Assembly: GCA_009103225.1 (NCBI GenBank)
Contig: RHPI01000385.1
Coordinates: forward strand, 485,092 to 507,971
DNA: 22,880 bases
Direction of reading: 5' to 3'
Source of the DNA: Chlorokybus atmophyticus
Taxonomy: Eukaryota; Plantae; Mesostigma and Chlorokybus algae
Part shown: positions 1 through 7,677 of the stretch, piece by piece
How the letters are laid out: each line of letters starts with the position of its first letter
Position numbering within the stretch: position 1 is the stretch's first letter
The notes under the pieces: generated by a model
The model's input: only the letters and a program-made list of their open reading frames with translations
Told to the model about the DNA's origin: nothing
Database searches by the model: none
Translations under genes and position numbers: made by a program

Positions 1-200
1 TAATTACATACATATACATACATATATACATGTACGTATATGTATATATACATGCTTATACATATACATATGTATGTAGATGTATGTATATATACATGCA
101 TATATATGTATGTAGATGTATATGTGTATATATATATATGTATCTGTATATATATATATACATATATACATATATATATATATGCTTACATATATCTCTC
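1..200. repeat. Degenerate (TA)n/(TATACA)n microsatellite
   Basis: Almost pure TA dinucleotide with interspersed CA/TG. The Y/I/M-rich ORFs here are artefacts of the repeat. Confidence 0.95.
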
Positions 201-539
201 TTCGCAAACGACGGCGCTGGTGCGGACGGGCGTCGACGGTCGGCCCGGGGGTGAGCGCCGACGGCGCGGCGCTCGGTTAACCGAGGGCAGTCGCGCGGCC
301 GGTGCGGCGCCGGCCTAGCGCGCGGCTCCCGGCCATTCCCGCCGGTCGGGCCGCGCGGGGCGTCTCTGCGGCCTTCTGAGAGCGGTGCGGGCTTCCGACT
401 CCGTAATATGCCGCAGGACTTCGTTGGCGGGAACAAAAAAAACCCGTCGGTGATGTGCTTACCGTTGATGGACCGCGCGCGGCCGGCACTCTGACAGCGT
501 CGTAGTAGGGAAACTTGTCCCGCGGCCACGGACTGCCAT

Positions 540-2250
540 GGGTCGGAAGAAGGGAGATGGCCCATACTGCAGCGAGGCATTTGCCCTCGTAGCTGCTGTA
601 GTTGGCTTCGGCGCTTGTTGCGACCGGCTTCCTGCTACAGTCTACCCCCGCTAAGAGACTTCGCTCCAAGAGAATAACCCCGCTTATAACATAGAATGTG
701 AGATTACCAATGGTTTTACAGGCAAATGTTGGTGCCTAAAAGAATATGACTAACCGCGAAGAGCATATAATTTTTTCATGAAAATCTTGCAAGTTTGAGT
801 GTGCATATTCCCAACATTGAGGGAGGAGACGTGACGGGTGTGGCATAAGGCGTGATGAGCGTGACGATCAGGGCATGATGGGCAAGGTGTGATGCGCAAC
901 TAGCGTGATGGGTGTAATGGCGCAACGGGCGTAACCTGATGCGCGTGACGTAATGAGCGTGACGGGCGTGATGAAACCGCGTGTATAGCATATTTATGCT
1001 CTTGACATCTAAGAGCATGTTATTCTCTTATACGCCAAGAGGATAACCTCGCCAAGAGCATACGATTGCTGGGGACAAACAGTATGCTCTTAGCGAGGGT
1101 AGACTGTACCGGCGTATTACACCATCCGCTCCTTCTTGTTCTGCGTGCTGCACCAGCATAGCTCCCGTCTCGAGCTTGCTCCAATGGGTATGGAGGATGA
1201 AGGGCTTGGGGTAGTCAAGGCGCTAAAAAATGGGAGCTGTGGTGAGCCTGCGTTTCAGCTTCTCGAAGGCTTGTTGCTGAGGCTCCTTCCACGCGAATTC
1301 CACCCCTATCTTTAGTAGCTCGTTGAGGGGCTGTGCTATCTTTGCGAACTCCTTAATGAACCGGCGATAGTAGTTAGCCAGGCCGAAGAAGGCGCGCATG
1401 CGTGTGAGGACCATTGGGGTAGGGATAGCTGCCAGGGCCTCCACCTTTGCCTGCAGTATACTGTAGTACACCGCGTAGGGCACAATCATGTGCTCCAAGT
1501 AAGGCTTGTGGGTGAAGTAGTGCACTTGTCGGGTGCACAATCATCCCCACTCCCTTAAGCCTCTCCAGCACCTCCTCGACATGCTGTAGGTGCTCTTAAT
1601 TGCTGCGGTTGAAGATGAGGACGTCGTTGATGTAGCACTGCGCGAAGTCCAGCCCTTTCAAGGCTTTATCTATGACGCGTTAAAACTTGGCGGGGGCATT
1701 TTTCGGCCCAAACGGCATCACCTTCCATTGGTACAACTGTCGGTTGCCTCAGAAAGAGGTGTTATGCTTGTCCTCATCCTTGATAGCGATTCAATTGTAC
1801 CATTGGCGCATGAAGGATGCTGAGGACTGTGCAGTCTCCCACATCATCAAAAATACCCTCTGCTGTGGGCATGGGGTACCTGTCTTGCTTGGTCTTATTT
1901 TTGAGGGGACGATAGTCGCGACACGTGCGCCATTGTGTTTAGTTGCATGCTCAGTCCTTTTGCAGCGGCATGACGGTTGCTGCTGCAAAGTTCGATGTGG
2001 ACTCTTCAATAAGGCCCGCATCAAGCAGAGTCTTACATCTCTGCTCCACCAAGTCCTCTTCCAACTTGGAGATCCTGTATTGCCGTCAGAACACCGGCTG
2101 GGTGTCCACCAGCTTGATGTTCATCTATTACACTAAGCACGTACCTGAATCCTTCATGTTGAAGCTGGATTGGCTCCTCCACTTCTTGATGAGAGCCTTC
2201 AACTTTTCTCGTGCGTCCTCTGTGGTAAGAGGGCCAATGGCATGATCCCA
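540..2250 (-). pseudogene. Element A reverse transcriptase-RNase H (frameshifted, split by MITE)
   Basis: Readable motifs: IKLVDTQPVF..YRISKLEEDLVEQRCKTLLDAGLIEES, DYRPLKNKTKQDRYPMP, CYINDVLIF (YxDD degenerate), MRAFFGLANYYRRFIKEFAKIAQPL, LDYPKPFILHTHWS, AEANYSSYEGKCLAAVWAI. Confidence 0.9.
638..1106. mobile_element. MITE / non-autonomous Tc1-mariner (pogo-like) element
   Basis: 20-bp TIRs CAGTCTACCCCCGCTAAGAG (638-657) and CTCTTAGCGAGGGTAGACTG (1087-1106), 1 mismatch. TA on both sides (636-637, 1107-1108). It interrupts the RNase H of element A and has no coding capacity. Confidence 0.9.
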
Positions 2251-2424
2251 CAAGGTTGCATTGGCAACCATGGGAATGTCTTCCACTATCACCGCTGCTT
2301 GCTGTCCCATGTGTGCCACCTCAAGGGCTGTGTGAGCTGCTTTGATGTCGGCAACACACTTAGCCCACCCCCCAGCCAGATGTCCTCGAAGAACACATGG
2401 CAATCCTGTAACGCGAAGCTTAGC

Positions 2425-3395
2425 TCTAGCAGCCACACCATGCTGTTTTGGTCTATGGCGCGGCCGAACAGCTGGCATTGCTAGCTATTGGTCAGCTATG
2501 ACTTTGTGATACTCTTGGGGAAGAAGGTGGCGCGTTTGCGCTTGCGAGCACAAGGTTCTTCTAGTTTGCCTGCCGCTTCATCGAATATGCCATCGCCACC
2601 ATTGCAAAACAATATGACCCAACTAGGTAGGACACCAAAGTGGGGAGTGCGCGGCGTGGCTGTCCCGGATGGTTGCACTGGTAGGAATTATTGTGATCGT
2701 GACGTGTGACAGGCTGGGCCTTGCGGCCATGGTCAAATATATTATTGACGAAGAGAGGTTGCGTGGCTGCGTGCTGCGCGCGTACTCCTCTGTCATCAGT
2801 TCCTATGTGGGAGCCAAATTTGTCCACTTGGCCACCACGCGACGGGCACGCGAGCCGTGACGTGCTGCGTTCACCTTTAGTGGGTGCCCAAAAATGGAGC
2901 ACTCATGTCAGTAGCTGGAGGCCACTGGTGACACGTGGGGACGCTTGTCGTCCTCCAAGTGCACGTTCTCGATGATGTACCCGAGCGGCCTGGAGATCTA
3001 ATGCGGTTGAAGCAGATGAACGACCCTCATTACGTTAACTCCCCAAACAAACCTGAGTGAGGGTCTGCAAGGCCTTGCCCTTTTTTTGCTTTTACAGTGT
3101 CCTTGACACCGTGCGACTCTCATCCAGCTTTCAGCAAGTCAATGTTATCGAGGGACAGCAAAAGTCCTCTGTGATCGGCCGAATTTTTTTCGGCAATGCC
3201 TTGAGGCTGCCTTGCACACCATGGGCAATTGCTGTGGATAGCGCTCGTGCAGCTGGCGTAGGTGGTGCTTGAGGGCTGTTTGCGCGTGTGGGTTGGGATC
3301 ACAGTAGAATTACTCAATGACCTTGACCTCTGTGTCGAGGACAGCGGCTAAACCACTGCCAATGCCTCCGCACAGCTCCAACACCGTAATGCCTT
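2425..3395 (-). pseudogene. C5 cytosine DNA methyltransferase domain within pol of element A (disabled)
   Basis: Motifs occur in order across frames: I GITVLELCGGIGSG (~3358-3393); II FYCD; IV/V AG*ESH...GQGLADPHSGLFGEL (~3040-3130); VI GYIIENV (2962-2982); VIII VNAARHGSRARRVVAKWTNL (~2815-2875); IX EPCARKRKRATFFP; X LFGRAIDQNSMVWLL (~2425-2470). Confidence 0.85.
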
Positions 3396-3749
3396 GCTGT
3401 CGCCGGAAGGAGTGGAACTCCACCACCCCGGTGGCCACCATGTGTTGATTGTGCGCCTTGTCTTGTCTTTTGTAGTTGTGAAAGCGCGAGGTGATCAGTG
3501 GCTGGGTCAGCAAGAGGTGCGTCCACCCATGCACACCAACGGCGTTTGGCCGGTCTTGCAATGCCACTTCAACCGTGGCATCCTCCTGCTCCTCACTGTA
3601 AGGAATGCCCGTGGGAGAGGAGTCGTTAGTGCGGCAAGGAGCTGCGGCTGCGGCAGTGACTCGGGTGCGATCGCTGTCATGTCTGGTTTATGCAGACTGC
3701 ATGTGGCTACGGCAGCCATTTTGCATTAGACACGCGTGCGTGACACCAG

Positions 3750-4352
3750 CATGAGAGGCAGGAAGTTTTGTACCTCTCTATCATCTTTACTTTAATGTGG
3801 TCAGAACCAAGCCCGTTCTGTCCAGCAATCAAGGCGCATGCCCATAGGGAAGTTGAAGTCTTGCCCTAGCATAAATTGAAAAAGCCAGCGTTGGTGACCA
3901 CATTGCTATATGATCTCTGTAGTGTGGGTTGGGTTAAGCCCTATCAACCGAATGCGAGAAGGCCTCTTTGGTGACCCCAATTACCTTGTCGTGCTGCCTG
4001 TGGCAGTATCCAATACGTACGAACATGGCATCAAGTCCGAGCTGGTGATGCCAGGGGACTGAGTGAGGAAGCGCCCGCTGATAACAATGTGCGCTTCGGT
4101 GTCCAGCATCACACGCTTAAGTGCCAGGCCGATAATAGTTACATGCTTGCCTTGGTTGACGACTATGGCAGCATTGGCGTTGATGCGCAGCCTCTGTATG
4201 CGGGCTGCAAGCATCCGTGCCTCATGTCGCTTAGCTGCGGGTGCTAACCGCATTACAGCCAGAGCTCCTCTATCTGCCGGATTATGAGGATCACCTCCTT
4301 GCCCTCTCCCTCTGCTCAACCGGCCTTTTCGTGGTGGCCAATAAACACGCGG
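3750..4352 (-). pseudogene. Element A aspartic protease (disabled)
   Basis: KRVMLDTEAHIVISG (D-T-G-A-like, G>E), SDLMPCSYVLDTATG, then MLGQDFNFPMGMRLDCWTERAWF after a frameshift. This is a retropepsin pattern. Confidence 0.75.
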
Positions 4353-4849
4353 TGTAACAATTGGGGCCCGACCACTAGGCTATGGTGGTAAAAGACACTA
4401 CCATGAGTGAGGTTTGTCACAATTTATCCCAATTCGTAACATTCCTCCCCAATCTAACCCATGAGTTCCTCATAATCCAATGAGGCACTAGCCCACGTCA
4501 TCGTGTTCGCGACCGTACCACGATCGGTCTGCTCGCGGCCTGTTGGTTCTGGCCCACGAACGATTCAAACCGATCGAACGGCCATCCTCACTACGCGACC
4601 TGCTATCGCACCGCGACCGCTCACGCGGCCTTTGATTGAACTGGCTTAGCGCGCAGGTCGTGATCCCGCGCCCAGCCTAGGGCAAGCCGCCCCAAATGTT
4701 TTTGCCTTGATTTGCCTCAGTCCCCTACGGGAATTGAACCGGAGATGTCAAGCTCCATTGTAACAATTTGAGCCCGACCACTAGGCTATGGTTGTAAAAG
4801 ACACACCATGATGAATGAGATTTGTCACAATTTATCCCAATTCGTAACA
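4353..4849 (-). mobile_element. TRIM-1 (miniature LTR element, 497 bp)
   Basis: Two ~90-bp TG...CA direct repeats (4353-4441, 4759-4849). Minus-strand PPT GGGGAGGAA at 4442-4450. PBS-like TGGAGCTTGA just inside the right repeat. Probable 4-bp TSD GCGG/GTGG. Confidence 0.85.
4730..4788 (-). promoter_or_regulatory. tRNA-type Pol III internal promoter spanning the LTR/PBS junction of TRIM-1
   Basis: A box TAGCCTAGTGG (4788-4778, inside the LTR) and B box GGTTCAATTCC (4740-4730, internal region). Confidence 0.7.
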
Positions 4850-5043
4850 GTGGAGGCCTTCGTGCAAGGGGTTTGGATGCTGGTTGTGGTGGAGATGATT
4901 GTGGGTGCCGCTTTTTGCGGCTGGTATCATGCCTGCAGATGATCCCTAACGGCTAAGGAGGAAAGCCCGGTGAGCCTGATATTTGTGGGCCTGCCTCGCT
5001 GTCAGCTTGCTTTGCGACGTGGGTCCATCGGACAGCATGAGCT
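4850..5043 (-). pseudogene. Element A gag-protease linker fragment
   Basis: In frame with both the 11936-12498 fragment and the protease ORF once the insertions are removed; one internal TAG. Confidence 0.6.
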
Positions 5044-5048
5044 GCATC

Positions 5049-5382
5049 TGTAACGGAGTGCTACCTCTATAGAGGTTCCCCGCCCTTATTTAGGATTACA
5101 TAAGGGTCCCAACGGGTATATACAGCCAATTAAGCCGTATTAGGGCCGCTAACCTAATGTTAAGGCCCTAATGTAGTGTTACTTAACTGTAACACTGATA
5201 TCGACGTGAGACATGAGTCTCATGTCGATATCAGCTGTATGGCGGCACTGCTAACGCAGCAGCCGCCATAGCCAGGGCATCTTCTGCTTCGGCAGTGGCC
5301 CTGGCGGCGGCGGTGACGGCGTCGTGGCTGGTGGCGGTGTTGGGGTAGGGGATTAAAGGGGGCGGTAGCACCCCTCCTTACA
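5049..5382 (+). repeat. Element B 5' LTR (334 bp)
   Basis: TGTAACGGAG...CCTCCTTACA. About 5 substitutions versus the 3' LTR. Confidence 0.97.
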
Positions 5383-5383
5383 T

Positions 5384-5395
5384 TGGTATCGGAGC
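5384..5395 (+). promoter_or_regulatory. Primer-binding site of B (initiator-Met type)
   Basis: TGGTATCGGAGC, 1 nt after the LTR; one difference from the canonical plant TGGTATCAGAGC. Confidence 0.9.
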
Positions 5396-5399
5396 ACGG

Positions 5400-5630
5400 G
5401 CGGCAAGGGGCATGTGGGAGGGGCGGCGGCAGGCGGCAGGCGGCAGGGGCGGCGGCAGGCGGCAGGGGCGGCGGCAAGCGGCAGCGACGTTAAACTAGTG
5501 GTAGTTAAAGTGTTTTATGTTTTAACTATAATAGTTAAACGCTGCTGCTGGTGCCTAGCCTAGCCTAGCCTAGCCTAGCTTGCCATGCCATGCATGCCAT
5601 GCCTAGCCTAGCATGCCTGTCCTAGTCTAG
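5400..5630 (+). repeat. Short tandem repeats in the B leader: (GGCGGCAG)n, then (GCCTA)n/(GCCAT)n
   Basis: Directly visible at ~5420-5485 and ~5552-5625. Confidence 0.8.
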
Positions 5631-6213
5631 TTTGTTATTGTGTGAAGGGAGCCGGCCATTCAGGCCTATCCCTGAAGCATTGCATTGCAGCACAACACAT
5701 AGTAAAAATACATTGATTGTATTATATTGTGTGTGTACCACCACGTGGATTCGTGGTGGTGTAAGGGTTTTTCTATTAATTTGGAAATTCCCTTGGGGGG
5801 GGCAGTTCGGTGGCAACATCGACTGTCTCAGTGCCGCCATTTTGAGCGGTGAGGCCGCCAGAATTTTCTGAGCGGCCGATATCAAACTCACCATTCACAA
5901 CTGGTCGATATCGGCCTGTAAGGTCGATTTGACGAGATTTTGGCACCCTGTGTGTCAATCACAGTTGTGAATTGTGCTGGGTTGTACAAAGTGAAAACTT
6001 TGAGAAATCATAACTCGTAAACCGTCGCGTGGATTCGCGCACGGTTTGTTGCAGAGTGAGTGTCTAGTTGAGAGGTGTGTGGAGAGCTCTTTTGGGGCTG
6101 TATACTCCACCGTAACGCCTCAAAACTTGACGAGACAAAATCATTAGATTTTACCTGTATTGCAGTGCACAATCTGAGTACTTGTGCACTTGCTAACGGC
6201 TGTCTTTGGGCAG

Positions 6214-7677
6214 ATGTCTGACCAAGGAGAGGGAGGTGAGAAGTACTTTACCGTCCCTGACTCATCGTCATCATACGAACCATCAAGTGATGACAAAGTG
6301 AGAGACTCGGACACGAGTGAGAGCTACAAGCTCACTGAGAGTGACAAGGAGGAAGCTGCGCAGGATAGCGAAGCTTCTCCCGATCAATCTACTCAGAGTG
6401 GGCCAGCTACAATGGACACACAGTCTGTCATTGGTGGGGCTATTGAGAAGTATGCGCGAGAGCGCAAAGCCTTGATCGATGCTCACCCACAGCTTCGTCA
6501 GGAAGTGTGGGATGCATGGGCACAAAAGGTTCGTGATAGCTATGCAACAGATTTTGCCACTCTCCCTCGCGCGAGCAAGGAAATGGTGATCCGCATGATT
6601 GAGCACGAGTTGACGAACAATGTTCCGCCACTCGTGCGCGGTGATCCGAAGGTGGCTGCTCTGATGGCTGTTTACAATAAGCCTCTCCCTTACCAAGGCA
6701 AGCGAATGGCGTTTGAGACTTTGGCCAACTTGGGAGTGGAAACCTCACAGCGTTGCAAGGACGTGTTCTGGTACTTGGGACCTAACTTGGAAGACAAGTT
6801 GACTGGCCGAGTGCAGTTGACGGCACGCCTCGATGCTATGCAGGCTGAGTTGGTGGCGCTGCGCCAACAGGTGGCGGGTGCTACTTCAGCAGCTGGAGCA
6901 TCAGCGGGGCTGCCGGTTACAGCACTGAACAAGCCTGAGAAGTTCAAGCCCAACGGCAGTGTCAGCATCCATGATTGGGCGGTAACTGTTGAGCACTACT
7001 TGACAGCACTGAAGCGACCAGTTGGCGAGCACATTGCTGTTGCTGAGTTGCTCATGCCATCTGACGCTCTCGCCGAGTGGGCGAGGCAGACAGAGGATGG
7101 TGCGGCCAAGACAGTGGAGGCACTATTCAAGTTCCTTGTGGAGCGCTATGGTGGCATGGATCCAGCTACTCAGGCTCGCAACAAGCTCAACAAGCTGCGA
7201 CAGAATGGCAGGACGGCTTCAGTCTATCTGCAGGAGTTCCAAGCGTTGGTGGGCCGCGTGAACAGTGGCCTCATGCCCATGGACAAGGCTGAGCAGTTTG
7301 AGTTGTACAAGCGCGGCTTGGATGCGCGTGTGCGCGATCAGCTGCAGTACAACACGGCAACGGGACTTCCTTTGGTTCCTGAGGACTTGGCCCAGCTGCA
7401 GAAGCTGAGCGTGTATCTGTACAGTGATGACACGGCGGTGCAGGAAAAGGCACATGTGGCAGCTGCGGCCAAGCCGCACGGGGTGGGAGGGAAGCGTTAC
7501 CCTCAGCCGAGTGCGCACACGGCAAAAAAGGCGAAGACATTCACGCCTCCTACCGGTGGCACATCTGCTGGTGGTGGTACACCCGCTGCGGCTCGCACCT
7601 GTTACGTATGTCACCAGCCGGGTCACATTGCGAAGAACTGCCCCGCCAAGAAGGGCAAGGCCAAGAAGGTTGAATAG
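6214..7677 (+). CDS. gag: Element B Gag (long N-terminal extension, capsid-like region, CCHC zinc knuckle)
   Basis: Open frame with first ATG at 6214. KPEKF, ARNKLNKLRQNGRTASVYLQEF and CYVCHQPGHIAKNC are present; ends in TAG. Confidence 0.92.
   Translation: MSDQGEGGEKYFTVPDSSSSYEPSSDDKVRDSDTSESYKLTESDKEEAAQDSEASPDQSTQSGPATMDTQSVIGGAIEKYARERKALIDAHPQLRQEVWDAWAQKVRDSYATDFATLPRASKEMVIRMIEHELTNNVPPLVRGDPKVAALMAVYNKPLPYQGKRMAFETLANLGVETSQRCKDVFWYLGPNLEDKLTGRVQLTARLDAMQAELVALRQQVAGATSAAGASAGLPVTALNKPEKFKPNGSVSIHDWAVTVEHYLTALKRPVGEHIAVAELLMPSDALAEWARQTEDGAAKTVEALFKFLVERYGGMDPATQARNKLNKLRQNGRTASVYLQEFQALVGRVNSGLMPMDKAEQFELYKRGLDARVRDQLQYNTATGLPLVPEDLAQLQKLSVYLYSDDTAVQEKAHVAAAAKPHGVGGKRYPQPSAHTAKKAKTFTPPTGGTSAGGGTPAAARTCYVCHQPGHIAKNCPAKKGKAKKVE

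Noticed and set aside
4-318. Tyr/Ile-rich ORFs
   Set aside because: They are translations of the TA microsatellite.
2425-3395. Host DNMT gene
   Set aside because: Intronless, flanked collinearly by retroviral-type protease and RT, and decayed to the same degree as they are.
4715-4790. tRNA-Asp/Glu-like gene on the minus strand
   Set aside because: Only a T-arm-like end and an A box are present, with no cloverleaf; it is part of TRIM-1.
4353-4849. CRISPR-like or simple direct repeat
   Set aside because: Only two ~90-bp repeats with TG...CA ends, a PPT and a TSD: a TRIM.
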